Shown here in pieces: positions 12,482 to 27,938 of a DNA stretch of 64,000 nucleotides; the first letter of the stretch is position 1, and each line of letters opens with the position of its first letter. The stretch comes from Macrostomum lignano (lineage: Eukaryota). The notes under the pieces were generated by a model that was not told where the DNA came from, made no database searches, and was given only the letters and a program-made list of their open reading frames with translations. Made by a program: the position numbers and the translations under genes. The DNA lies in NCBI GenBank assembly GCA_002269645.1, contig NIVC01003107.1:1-64000 (forward strand), in the 5' to 3' direction.

Positions 12482-13287
12482 GGCAGTTGTTATTTGTCTG
12501 GTGACCAGACGAATAGCCTTTTTGCTATTTGTCCGGTTAAATTGCTAACACAAGTATCTTATTTGTTTCGTGATGAATAGACCTATTCTTGTATACTGAT
12601 TAATATTTTCTTGTATATTAGAGTGTTAAGCAAAGCAGTATATTATTCAATTCGGCATAATTTGACGTATTAAACATTCACCGACACTTATTCAGACACT
12701 TCTATAGACACTTTAGTTTCTGTCGTATGAATTGTAGGAACAAGCATTAAATTTGTTTATTCCTAACAAACTATCAGTAAACTGCTTTATTTTAAGCTTT
12801 TTTGCTTTATTTTATTAAATATGAATTAGGAAGTGTCCTGGACAAATTTAACATTCTTCTTCACATGAAAAGAATCTATGCAGAATAACAAATTTCATGA
12901 TTCATATTTAATAAAATAAAGCAAAAAATGGCTTACAATAAAGCAGTTTACTGATAGTTTGTTAGGAATAAACAAATTTAATGCTTGTTCCTATGATTCA
13001 TACAACAGAAACTAAAGTGTCTATAGAAGTGTCTGAATAAGTGTCGGCGAATGTTTCATACATCATAATTTGGTGTATAAAACACACACTAGTATAACAA
13101 TATAATAGTTAAGATACAAGTAAGAAGTCTTTAAAGTCTAAGAATATTTACCCTTGTGGTTTTTATGAACTAGATATTTTAGCATTATCAATTTAACTGG
13201 ATGAATAGAAAAGCATGGTCAGGATCCAGTAACCGGACAAATAACCATATCGCTATTCGTCTGGTCACCGGACAAATAACAACTGCC
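12482..13287. mobile_element. Non-autonomous Mutator-like (MULE) element, 806 bp
   Basis: Terminal inverted repeats (TIRs) of about 58 bp starting GGCAGTTGTTATTTGTC[T/C]GGTGACCAGACGAATAGC. Exact 9-bp flanking duplication TATTGTTAT at 12473-12481 and 13288-13296. Confidence 0.85.
12664..13064. mobile_element. Foldback/MITE nested inside the MULE element
   Basis: Inverted arms of about 165 bp (12664-12828 against 12903-13064) around a spacer of about 75 bp. Flanked by the direct repeat (C)ATAATTT, 7-8 bp. Confidence 0.8.
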
Positions 13288-14709
13288 TATTGTTATCATT
13301 GAGTAGCTAGTATATTTATTATACATATATTTATTATACACTTAAAATTTAAAGACAAAGACTATTATAAATTGGCTTCTTAATAATAATAGGCCCTAGT
13401 ACTAAAAAGATACATATAAGATAAGGCCTAATAAAGGCAAATAGTTTTCATTTGATATTTATTTTTTACAATCTATTGAAACCTAGCTATCATTGTATAG
13501 ATTTTTAACCTATAGATTTTAAACCCCCTGAATTCCAATAAATTTGCCAGAACTATTTTTGCATGAATTTTGAAATCTAAAGTCAAACTCCAACAAAACT
13601 ATATTATTGGTTAAGGAAAAAAACTTAGAATTCTATAACATTTTAGCTTTCATATTATAACCTTTTATTTTCCCTTTAGCTTTGCTTCTATTTGCTCTAG
13701 TACCATACTTTGGAGCATGTATTGACCTTGTATACCAACAAAAGTAGGCGTGCACAGTTGGTATGTTTAGGTTGACTTGACGATAAATGATGCCATGGAA
13801 GCCACTATGTGAGGCTCTAAGTTAAAGATCAGATGATTCTAAGCAAAGAAATTAGCTAGTCGCAATTAGTGTATTAGGGTCTACTCCATGGAGCACTAGT
13901 AAAGTTAAGCAAAATTTGAAAAAAATAGTAGAAGAAAGCAGGAAAAAGAAAAAGAGCTTTTCAGAATTGGGCCAAATGAGGCCAAATAAATATAAAAAGG
14001 GGGAGCAGTTAGGCAAAGTGGTTCAGAAAATGGGGATAGGGCATAGACACTGGGTCCAGAACTTGTCAAGCAAAAGTTTCTATAGAAAATACCGAGAGAA
14101 AAGAATAGAAACAGAAAAAGGGACATGCAAGGCCAAAAAAGGGCAGGTAGGCCAGAATGGGGACTGAAAAATATATCATAGAACTGTGCCACAGGGTAGG
14201 CAGATAGGGCTGCAAATGGGGCAATAGCAAAATGAGAAAGTCCACTGTTAGTCCATAATATGTGATTAGAAAATTTAAAATAATAAAACTTCAGTGGGAG
14301 TTTGCACTACCACAAGGGTTTATTTAAAGCATAAACTTTAATAAAATATTTAATCTTTGCATGTATCAATTTTCCACTATCAATATTATCATCAAAAAAG
14401 GTCATTTATTGCCACAGTATAAAAATGTCATTAATTGTTGCAATACTGGCATAGTTTTAAAAATTGGCATACACTCAATTTTTTTCAGTCTGAATTTGTA
14501 ATTATTCAATTTTTGTTTGGGTGTATACCTAGCATGATACAGACTATGGCTCTGGTACTAATTATCTTAGAAGTTCAAAGCATTGAATTGTCTTAGTATT
14601 GAAATGTTTGGCACTTGAGCATCTTGCCATCTGGCTACCATGTATACAATCAGAATTTTTTCTAGATTATATATATGTACATAAAAGTAATATAATTTTT
14701 TATTGAAAG

Positions 14710-14880
14710 TGGATTACTGCATTTGATAAGCCAAATGATTATTGCACTTGATAAACAAAGGATTAGTGTGCTTGATAAATTAAAGATTATTGCACTTAAT
14801 AAACCAAGGAGTACTGCATTTAATAAACTAGGATAACTATGCTTGATAAACGAATGATTATTGAGCTTGTTAAACCTTAT
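14710..14880. repeat. Old degenerate tandem repeat, about 25-bp unit (GATTATTGCACTTGATAAAC-like)
   Basis: About 7 diverged copies read directly from the sequence. Confidence 0.6.
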
Positions 14881-17800
14881 AAAAACTTGTAATAATTGAG
14901 ACTAATAGTAGACTGACTGAATCCAATGCTACTGACTTCAAGAAGCTTGCACTTGCAATGTTTTGTACATTTGCATTGGTTATAAGATTAGATTTTCCTA
15001 TTATAAAAAGCTACCTTAACCATTTTATAAGCAGTTTTACAGAGAAAAGAGAGAAAGATCTTTACAGGAGACTGCTCTCTTATCTCCCTAATTTGGGACT
15101 CTAAAGCATTTAAAAAAGTTGCTTTGTATAAATTTCAAGTAGAAAATTTTACTATATATTTATTCTCCACCATTCTGATCTTTTTGTTAGTTAGATTACT
15201 TTAAATGTACATGTTTGTATGCATGATCAACTTGGTAATTGCAGGTTGCATTGTTTTACTTTAAGTGCATGTAGTAAGATTTAATTTTATTTGTTCTATT
15301 AGTTTCCACCAAATGACTGCACCTTTCTATATTAATTCAAATGAAAAAGCTAGTAGTGGTAATAGTAATAGTAGCCTAACTATGGCTCAATGGCTGGGCC
15401 AAGGCCACTTAAAAACTGAAACTAAATTAAATTATTTAATAGTGATTACATTGTAGATTCAATACCTTGCTGCATTTTTTGCAAAATTGTTTTGTTTCAT
15501 TTGATGAGTAAATGATTATTGCTCTTGATGAGTAGACTCCTAAGATAATGCATACTCTGTTTAGCAAAGTTCAAAGCAGTGATTTTTTTAAATCAAGGTC
15601 CAATTAGGTCCGATTTATTTTTTTTAAATTTGTTGTTAACATTTAATAGTAAAGATGTCATTAGTAAAGTAAAGTAGATATTAGTAGTAATGTTTGTAAA
15701 ATAGTTAGTTAGTAATCTTTTTGCCGCCATTGTCTCGTTGCTATTATTGCTGTTGCTTTTGCTGTTGTTCCTGCTATTTCTGCTGCTGTTGCTGCTGATA
15801 TGCCACATATTGTTTGAGTGCATTGCACTGTGTTGCTTTACAGCTTTATGCTTCTGATCCCTGCAGAAGTAGCACGCTATAGCTATAAAATTAAGCAAAG
15901 ATAGTTAAATTGTTAATTTTAAAATTCTACAGAAGCATATTTGATTAGTATGTAAGCCTGGAATTAAAATGATATTTTGATTCCTTAGAATAACATATGT
16001 ACAATTGGTTTTTGTTTCTAAGAGTTGAGAAAAAAGAAAAAATTCTAGGGGGATTAAATGATAAAATAGTAACCAACAATGTATTAAAATGCCTAGACTA
16101 AAATAATAAAGTAACAAGCCCCAAATAAAAGAGAGATTCTGGTTCCGAAGAATACCATTGCCTAAGAATATATGCTTGGTTTGTTAACTTCTTAGAGTCA
16201 AGAAGTCAAGAAGAAACAGAAAACAAATTTTAGGAGGGTATTAAATGATAAAGTAGTAACTAACAATGTATATCATACTTACATTTCTAGGGATGGCGCC
16301 GGTGGCACTGATTGCCATGGCAATACTGGACAATTGTGAATTTCATTTAGAACTTGAGTGGATTTGATTTAGTTATATCGATTTGCAAGCTATCAAACAG
16401 TCAAACTGATCAAACAGTGCAAGTTATAAGAAAATCCATTGAGCCATTTTTTAAATTGATCATACACATATGCACACAGATATAAACCATTTTTAATATA
16501 TTGATTTGCAAGCATTTTTTTTAATCTAGTTAATAATAGAAATGTGGTAGTTTAATATCTTAAGTTGGCATAGAGTAAGAATCTACAATATATAGCAAAA
16601 TTTTCTAGGGTAGGTTGGTGCTAGCCTAACCCTATTGGCCCTGTCATATAATGGACAGGTAGGGATTAGCCATACAGGCTGAGGTGGACAAATGGAGCTA
16701 AGCAAGAGAAAATGACAGCAGTGGCTGGATGGTTGGGGCTAAGCCATGTAAGGCTAAGGGGTTATGCTTATGCTAATAGACTTAGAGAGAAAGGGCAAGA
16801 GCATTATGTTAGGTAGGTAGATTAAATCAAGCTAGCCCTAGGGAGGTTGAATCAAAACCAGTTGTGGTTGATTACAAGTAAGAATTAGGAGGTATAGTAG
16901 AATGTGCAACTGAGAAGATTGGTGAGATTATAGAGCCAATCAGAAGGTAGGTACAGAGAGAAAAAAAGAATAATAAGACTAAACTAGATAGAGAAGAAGA
17001 GAAAAAAAGTAAACAATAACAAGTCCAGATAAACTAGATAAATCCATATACTAAATAACTAACTAAATCACTAATTGTTTAAGTGTGAAAAACAATAAGT
17101 CACAGATAACCTTGAGAGGGGTTGGCCCTGGCAGTTCAACTAGCCTTGCAAGATCATACCATTGTAAAGTCCAGACCCTACCCACCCTAGCCAATTTAGG
17201 CTAGAAATAAAGAGATTGCAGACAGGGAGAGGGGGCATTTGCATTCTTAGCAAAAAAAAGAGATTCTTAGCAAACACCTTTGTCTATAACAATTTTACTT
17301 AAATAAGGTGATTTGTAAAACTGAAGAAGGAATTGGTTCTTACAAAAATGTGCTTTATAATGGAATTGCATCAATAATTTTTGCTCATTGCTTATTGCAC
17401 ATCCCAAAGGGAGGCATTAGATTGCTAATCTCTACATATAAAAATATACACATATATATATATATATATATAATTGTTTTTGATGAGAAAATGTGATTTA
17501 GATTGGTTCTAGAAATATAGCCAGCCAGCTGCCTGGCCTATTTAAAAACAAAAGTAAAACTTTTATTTTAATCTTTCAACTTGTATTTGAAAGGCAACTG
17601 TGTTGCTAGTTAAGCTTAGAGCTCAAGGAGTTAAAGGGGGCCTAAAAATAAAGTTTAAATGACAGTATCCTATTTTAATATTATATAATTCTCATTATAT
17701 ATATAGAATATATCATATAAATACATTATATAAATATTTACACTGTATTAAATGATTTTTAGGTTAAAGGTTTTCAATTTATTAGACCTACAAGCTGTTG

Positions 17801-18029
17801 AAACCCGCGGATTTTGAACCCGGGGAATTCTAATCTCCGGAACTACTTTTGCATGTATTCTGAAATCTAAGGCCATACACAAACAAATTAATAGTAGGGT
17901 AGAGGTAGACGTAAAATGGAGCACATTCGTGTAAAATTAGGGTTTGAGGCAAACGTTGATATTGTTGGCTGGGGTACTGCACAGAATGTCAGGCAATGTC
18001 TGTCTGACTCTAAAACATATATTGCTAAA

Positions 18030-18800
18030 CTCTGGTCTCTCCCTGACTCTCCCTATGTCCCTTGGATCCTTTAAAATTTCTATTGTCTCTTTGTTTCCTT
18101 TCTTCTCTCTCATCCCTCGTCTCTCCTCTCTCTTCTCTCCTCTCTCCTCTCTCCTCTCTTCTCTTGTATCTTCCCTCATCTCTCTTCCCTATTCTTTTCT
18201 CTCTCCTCTCCTCTCTCCTTTCTACTTTTCGTTTTCTCTCTGCTCTTCTCTCTCCTCTCTACTCTTTCGTTTTCTCCCTCCTCTCCTCTCTCCTCTCTCC
18301 CCCTGTTCTCTCGTCTCTTCCCTCACATCTTTCCTCTCTCTCTTTCCACTCATCTCTTTTCTTGTTTTATATCTTCTCTCTCATACATGTGCAACAGTCG
18401 GCCGAGTCGGCCAATCTGGCCGACCAATTTGGCGGCCAACCAAGGAAGTCGCAAAAATGCCCACCCAAAAAACGCCAAAGTAGTAGTACTAAATAGCTGA
18501 CGAGGCATTTCGGCTTAAAAAGTCAGTCATAGTTACTCCTGCCGTTTACCCTGTAGTACATTAATTTTGCTTTAGGGTTTTTTTACATGTAAGTTGCATT
18601 TTTGGCCAAAAACTATGTCGCATTTTTGTTAAAACTAAGTCGCATGGCCGACCAAATTTTGGAGGTTGAGCATGTATGTTCTCTCTCCCCTCGTCGCCCG
18701 TCTCTTCCCTCACCTCTCTTCTCTCTCATCTGCTCTTTCATCTCTCCTTTCTCTTCTTTTATCTTTTCTCTCTTATCTCTTCTCGTTTCTATCTGCTCTG

Positions 18801-18873
<73 letters not shown>

Positions 18874-19835
18874 TTCATTCTCCTATTTCCTCTTCTCTCT
18901 CCCTGTCTCTCCTCTCTCCTCTAGTCTCTGTAATCTCTTCTCTCCCATCTTTCTTCTCCTCTCTACTCTCTCCCCTCCATTCTCCTCTTTTCTCTCCTCT
19001 CGCCTCACTCACTTCTCTCTCCCTTTGTCTCTCCTCTCGTCTCTGTAATCTCTTCTCTCTTCTCTCTCTTCTGTTCTCTCTATTCTCCCATCTCTCGTCT
19101 GTTCATTTTCGTCTCTGCTCTCAGCTCATCCCCCCTCTTTCATCTGTCATCTTTACTGTCTTAATGTTCTCTCATTTTGTCCTCTGTACTCTTTTCTTTC
19201 ACCTCTTTTGTCTCCTCACTTTCCTTTCTCCTTTCTTCTCTTCTCTTCTCTTCCCTCTTCTATATACTCTCTCCATCTCTTGTCTCGTCTCTTCTCTCTC
19301 CACTCTCCTCCTTTATCTCTCATCTCTCATTTCTCATCTCTCCTTACACCTCTCTCATCTGTACAACTTTATCTCTTCTCTCTTCCATTCTCTCTCTTAT
19401 CTCTCCTTTCTCCTCTTTACTAACTCCTCTCTACTCGCTCCTCTCCACTCGCTACTCTACTGTCTACTCTCTCCTATCTACTCTACTGTCTACTCTCTCC
19501 TATCTACTTGCTCCTCTACTCGCTCCTCTACTCTCTCCTCTCTACTCGCTCCTCTCTACTCTTTCCTCTCCACTCGCTACTCTACTCTTTCCTCTCCACT
19601 CGCTACTCTACTCTCTACTCTCTCCTCTCTACTCGCTCCTCTCTACTCTTTCCTCTCTACTCGCTCCTCTACTCTCTCCTCTCTACTCGCTCCTCTACTC
19701 TCTCCTCTCTACTCTCTCCTCTCATCGTCCTCGCTCCCTCATCTCTTCTATTATCTTTTATCTTTTCTCTTATTCCCTCTCTCACCTCTCCTCTCTTTTC
19801 GAATAGTCTATTCCTTCTTCTCCCCACTCTCAACT
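18030..19835. repeat. Polypyrimidine (TC-rich) low-complexity tract including a pure (CT)n run at about 18805-18870
   Basis: Almost entirely C/T on the + strand. It explains the spurious Leu/Ser ORFs in the track. Confidence 0.95.
18382..18678. mobile_element. hAT-like MITE, 297 bp, inserted in the TC tract
   Basis: TIRs CATACATGTGCAAC and GTTGAGCATGTATG (14 bp, 2 mismatches). 8-bp TSD TTCTCTCT at 18374-18381 and 18679-18686. Subterminal GGCCGACCA motifs. Confidence 0.75.
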
Positions 19836-20344
19836 GCCCTCAGCCATAAGCTGGATTCTTTTCTAGACTTAGAGGTAAAAGTCTGCCCATTCCTGCTTGG
19901 AAAGCCAGTTTGTGGGACGTAGTACTCTCATGGCTGTTCTCATGCTTTGATCATGTCATCTTTCTTGCCAATTTGCAAGCCCTGAAAAGAATTTTTGTAT
20001 CTTCAGCTCCACTGCAGTCTGCATCAGTCTAACAACCAAGGAAATACGCATTTCTTAGGAGGCCATTTAAAATTTACACAGTACCTTTAAAAGAAACCTA
20101 AAATTTCCATGGTGTGCCTAATTTAGTAGGGTTATATTGCATTGCATCGCATCGCCTTTTCATAAATCTTTCGCTTTTACAAACCATGCTGGATTCCCTC
20201 GATTTGCCAATTGCCATCCAGTGTTAAACTGCTGCAGAGTTTGCCAATACAGAGGGGAGGGCAGTGGTTAGAATTTCTCACTAAACTGTTATGGCTAAAC
20301 GTAGCCTCTCCACTCTCGGGGTGCAGAGAAGGTTATAAATAAAG

Positions 20345-21068
20345 CTATTCCAAAACACTGTACATTCGCTATGTACATTGAGCCCTATCGCCTCACCCTT
20401 CGTCTGGACTGCGGGAATGAGTGAGTTGAGCGCCACAAACAACAGAAAAAGCAGACAAACTTCACATGCTTACAGTTTCTTTTTCGGTTGAGTTACAGAG
20501 TTGAAACTTTACATTTAGACAGAGAATGAGTCAATAAAGAATTGTGTCAAGTTTGAAGTCAATCGCTTTACGTGGAGCAAACTTATGGCAGCTGAAAGTT
20601 AGTCAATTTTGAAACCCTTTTACACATCAGGGCCCAGATCGGGAAAGAGAGGCAGGTGGGCAGAGGTTGGGGTGGTTGCTACGCTGAAAAAACAGCCTAA
20701 CTTTAAAAGTGCACAGCACCGCTCAGGATTAACTTTGAGACTCGAAATTTTACATGATTGTGCCAAAATAGTTAAAGATTATCTGTGTCAAATTTGAAGA
20801 GGATCGGTAGAAGTGGAGCGGCGCTATGGAGGATTTAGTGAAAAAATCGTGCATTTTGAGCAGTTTTTTGTACTTTTAGGTAGGAAGACTCAAACTTAGG
20901 AAATTTAAAGGTAGCCTAAGACATTCTCCGTAGTGAGTTTAGGGTGGGTGTAAAATTTGGTGTCATTTGGTTGAGCGGTTTGGGAGTCCATAGCGATCAA
21001 AATTGTCCACACACAGACAGACAGACACACACACACACACACAGAGTTTTGATTTTTATATGTAGAGA
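20345..21068 (-). mobile_element. Non-autonomous Helitron-like element
   Basis: The minus strand begins TCTCTACATATAAAAATC, then a GACA/CA microsatellite and AAATTTG...GATCGG/GAGCGGTTT blocks typical of invertebrate non-autonomous Helitrons. Hairpin TGTACAT-TCGCT-ATGTACA (20359-20377) near the other end. The CTRR terminus is degenerate. Confidence 0.5.
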
Positions 21069-23363
21069 TTGATCCAAAATTGTCAAAAATAATAAAAAAG
21101 CTATAAATTTTATATTTGGACTATTATTACTATTAACATTGTTATTAGCTTGACTAACTGGGTTGGTTATTTATTAAATATGTATAAACAAGTATATTGG
21201 TATATTGTATAGCCTTATATAATAAATATAACTTAAAGCTTTTTTGTAATATGATATTTATAATGCTACTATATAGTAGTAGCTAGTAGGCCTAGTATTG
21301 GTAATGGTAATAAAAGAATTGGCTTTTGCAAAATATTCTTACTTGTTTGGCCAATTTGGAATGATATATTTATATTTATTTATAAATAAACATTAAAATG
21401 CAATGAGTTTTTCAAAATATTATTTGAAAGTATAATTGAAACATTTATAGTATATAGGTTATAATGACTATCAACAAAATATTCTTAGGGCTTGTGGTAA
21501 TGTTCCACTAAAAAGGGGTCTTATCTTATTCTTCTTATCTTAGAATAAGATATTAGGATTAGATTCTTATATTATTCTAAATCTAAGGCCTTGTTTCAAA
21601 ATTCAACTAAATAATCTATATATTACTAATAGCTAATAAATAAAATACTTTAGTTGAGCATTATCAAAAATAAATTTTTATTGTGCTATATTATAAGGTT
21701 AAAATGAACTAGGTATATATGAAATAGGTCAAGCTTTTATCTAGACATTTGCTAGATATACTTACAAATGCATAACCTTTAAATTTATATTAATTATGTC
21801 CAATTAATAAATGAACTAATCCTTAGTATAACTTTCTTGTTTCTTTCACAACTTTTTTTTCTATTTTATTATCTTAGATTCCATTTACTATTTTATATTA
21901 CTTTTTTCTTTTTGTTTCTTTGCTAGCTTGCCTCTTTCAATTTTGGCTATCAGTTTTGACCTACATAACTTGGTCTCCCACAATTCTACAATTTTGTCAA
22001 GATTGGCTAGGTTGATTAGCAGCTACACATAAATTTTGCTACTTTATTATATCTAACATATCTTTTATTATACTTGTATGTTTCTAAACTTTATTTAACC
22101 AAAACAAAATTCACTTATAATGATTAAATATAGTAAAAATTGATTTATAATTTGGCTTTTCATAAACATGCTCGTAGCTAGCTTTGTTTTTAATTTAGCA
22201 TTGACTTTTAGCAAAAATGTCTTTACCTTTTTTAAAAAGCTCATAGTTCCCAAATGTTTTAGATATTATCTATCTATCTATCAAAGAAACCATACTTTAG
22301 AATTTTTAAATTTTTCAATTTTAAGCCACCCTTTATCTTAATTTTCATAGAATAGCAATCAATAGGAAAATTTTAGTAATATAAAAACTGTTGGGTCTGG
22401 TATGCAAGAATGATGGGTATATGCTTTTGTTCCACATAGTATTTTTGTGATTTTAACTTCATGTATATGCTCTGTGCATATCTTTGCTCTATCTTCATTT
22501 ATTAAATTATAGGAGTAGACAAAAGATTGAAAGTGAAGCAAATAAAGGAGGAAGAAATCATATAAAAATATAAGAAAAGGGAAAACATTTTAATAAATGA
22601 TAGAAAAAAATAAAAAGAAAGAACATTAAATAATTAAAGCCACAGAAATAAAGGATTTGGATTGCATTTTGAGCAAAGCTTATGTTGCAAAAGGCTACAG
22701 ATACAAGTATATCGCACTTTTATGGAAAACTGTTCACCTTGGCTTGGTGAAGATCTAGAGGTTGTGCATATGATCCTAATAATGTTTTGTTTCTTTTTAA
22801 TTGTTGGAGTATTTATTATCTATAAATTGTTAACTTTTTTTGTAGGATTAAGTCTTTATGAGTTGCATATCATATTTTTATATTGGTCTGTTTAAGCAAA
22901 AAATACTCCATTTGTTGATTCTATTTGGCATTTTTATAGCAAATATATAGAACTTCGACAAGGAATCACTCTTATTGTTACATTCCTGCAGGGTTTTTAT
23001 CACAAAAATAATGTTATTCCTCAGCTTCTATTTAGGGTAAAGAATTCCAATGCCAATCATAAAAAGAAATATCTAACTTTCTAAATGATAATTCTAAATA
23101 AATATTTTAGTTAATATTTAAATGAACTAAAAAGCGTTGTGCTATTGTTGTTTTAGAATCTAATTATTGTAGACTAGGTTTCCAGACTATGACTTGCACT
23201 TCTACAGTTTGGTGTCAAAATGGTGTTTGTGTGCAAAGAAAAGTGAAGTAGATTAATGCATCAAATTAATATAAAATCCCCTTAAAACTGTTTTACAGGT
23301 AAAATTGGATCAGCTATTGAACCCGTCAAACAGTTTATTAAATAATTCTATTCCGCACCAACA

Positions 23364-24014
23364 ATGTCCTCGGCCGCTGTAGCTGCGTCGCCATCTGCGC
23401 ATCGTCAGCAGCGTCGCGCGCCTAAGCGCGAGTATCTGCGCGCGCACGAGAAAACCGGCCCAGATTTGGAGGCCGACGATCGTCCGGTGCCGCCGTTCCG
23501 GCGTACGGCGCCGCTTGACCGCGTGTCGGTGCCGCGCGCCTCGTCAGCCAGCGATCTTCGACTAATCCGACGCAGCGTCAACTACGTCAGAGCGAATGCC
23601 AACGCAGCGGCTGCTGCGGGTTCGCGGCGACCTCTTGGTCGATCGGGTACGGCTACGGCGATGTCGAAGTCGGCCAACGATCTTAGCGGCTATCGACGCG
23701 GCGAGCTGCCGGCTTATCTAGTTCGACGACGTCGCGAGTTCGAAGCGGCCCACGCCGCGGAGGTGGCGGCCCGGCCGGATCCCGACCAGCCGCCGGGGCA
23801 TCGCCGATTGAGCGACTTGGAGCGTCGGAAAACCCTGGCACTGCTGACTGAGAATCACCAGCTATTGCTGGCCGAACTCAATCGCCTGCCTGTCCGGTCG
23901 GACACTGTCCGGCTAGTTCGTATCAAAAGCGATATCGAACGAAAATTGGCCGAATTAGAAGAGGCGATAAAAATATTTTCTAGGCCGAAAGTTTTTGTTA
24001 AAGTTGACGCTTAA
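23364..24014 (+). CDS. ENKD1: Enkurin domain-containing protein 1
   Basis: 216-aa ORF. RRGELPAYL...PDPDQPPGHRRL and the C-terminal ERKLAELEEAIKIFSRPKVFVKVD match the ENKD1 enkurin domain. Confidence 0.9.
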   Translation: MSSAAVAASPSAHRQQRRAPKREYLRAHEKTGPDLEADDRPVPPFRRTAPLDRVSVPRASSASDLRLIRRSVNYVRANANAAAAAGSRRPLGRSGTATAMSKSANDLSGYRRGELPAYLVRRRREFEAAHAAEVAARPDPDQPPGHRRLSDLERRKTLALLTENHQLLLAELNRLPVRSDTVRLVRIKSDIERKLAELEEAIKIFSRPKVFVKVDA

Positions 24015-24607
24015 TTTGACTTACTAGTACTGTAAGTTAAGCAGAGTCGGTCGCGGTTAGTACGCAGTTGAATTAGCTTGCTTGCATAATGCCCTTGAGT
24101 ATGAGAAGCTTTGAGTTTGATAATGCTTGTAATAATTCTTGACACACTGTCATTACTTCTGAATTGACACGCACAAGGAATGTACCCCTTTTTGTTGTGA
24201 ATGTTTTTTATATTGGTGTCTGCGATATGTAAAATAAGGCTGTGCCGAGTATTACAGAGATCGTAATGATTTGACATAATTTCCACATTCCTAGATTCAA
24301 TTAAGCAAAGACTTTTGTTGTACTTTTGTTGTGCCGTCCCTGACTGCTTTGCACTAGCACCGTCCATTGTGAGTTTTTTTAGTTAAAAACCCCTCAAGGC
24401 TATCAATAATTATTTTTTCAGTTATGATTTTTTGTAATAGCAAATTGTTGCTAAAAATTTTTGAAATTTTTGTAGATATTGCTTTAGTTGAGACTTTATT
24501 GAGACTTCAATTATACATACTTCATTCTGCTTACGACTGTTTCGGCTTTTGAAGTTTTTACATTAGGGTAATCATTTCCGTTAGTAGCCTGTGAGATAGA
24601 TTTAAAA

Positions 24608-25620
24608 AATCCATTCTGTAAGTAGTTCATGGGATAGATTAGCAATCCATTCTGTAAGTAGTTCATGGGATAGATTAGCAATCCATTCTGTAAGTAGTTC
24701 ATGGGATAGATTAGCAATCCATTCTGTAAGTAGTTCATGCGACAGATTAGCAATCCATTCTGTTAGTAGTTCATGCGGTAGATTAGCAATCCATTCTGTT
24801 AGTAGTTCATGGGATAGATTAGCAATCCATTCTGTAAGTAGTTCATGGGATAGATTAGCAATCCATTCTGTTAGTAGTTCATGGAATAGATTAGCAATCC
24901 ATTCTGTTAGTAGTTCATGGGATAGATTAGCAATCCATTCTGTTAGTAGTTCATGCGATAGATTAGCAATCCATTCTGTTAGTAGTTCATGTGATAGATT
25001 AGCAATCCATTCTGTTAGTCATTTATCGGATAGATTAGCAATCCATTCTGTTAGTAGTTCATGGGATAGATTAGCAATCCATTCTGTTAGTAGTTCATGG
25101 GATAGATTAGCAATCCATTCTGTTAGTAGTTCATGCGATAGATTAGCAATCCATTCTGTTAGTAGTTCATGTGATAGATTAGCAATCCATTCTGTTAGTC
25201 ATTTATCGGATAGATTAGCAATCCATTCTGTTAGTAGTTCATGGGATAGATTAGCAATCCATTCTGTTAGTAGTTCATGGGATAGATTAGCAATCCATTC
25301 TGTCAGTAGTTCATGCGATAGATTAGCAATCCATTCTGTTAGTAGTTCATGGGATAGATTAGCAATCCATTCTGTTAGTAGTTCATGTGATGGATTAGCA
25401 ATCCATTCTGTTAGTAGTTCATGCGACAGATTAGCAATCCATTCTGTTAGTAGTTCATGCGATAGATTAGCAATCCATTCTGTTAGTAGTTCATGGAATA
25501 GATTAGCAATCCATTCTGTTAGTAGTTCATGCGACAGATTAGCAATCCATTCTGTTAGTAGTTCATGCGATAGATTAGCAATCCATTCTGTTAGTAGTCC
25601 CTGATATAGATTACCAATCC
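24608..25620. repeat. 36-bp minisatellite, about 28 copies
   Basis: Unit GATAGATTAGCAATCCATTCTGTTAGTAGTTCATGG. It ends about 80-120 bp before the cytohesin start. Confidence 0.95.
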
Positions 25621-25699
25621 AATTTCATTTATTTACTGTCAAATTACACACTGCAACTACAATATATTTCTCATACTACTAAGTGAACCAAAGAGTAGC

Positions 25700-27938
<2,239 letters not shown>

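Noticed and set aside
13905-14192. Short ORFs on both strands in the gene-free block
   Set aside because: No recognisable domain, and the sequence is CpG-eroded and AT-rich.
15830-15890. CYFCRDQKHKAVKQ on the minus strand, resembling a gag CCHC zinc knuckle
   Set aside because: The fourth ligand is missing and I could not recognise other retroelement domains nearby; at most a decayed remnant.
17937-19922. Long Leu/Ser-rich ORFs up to 418 aa
   Set aside because: By-products of the TC microsatellite, with no domain content.
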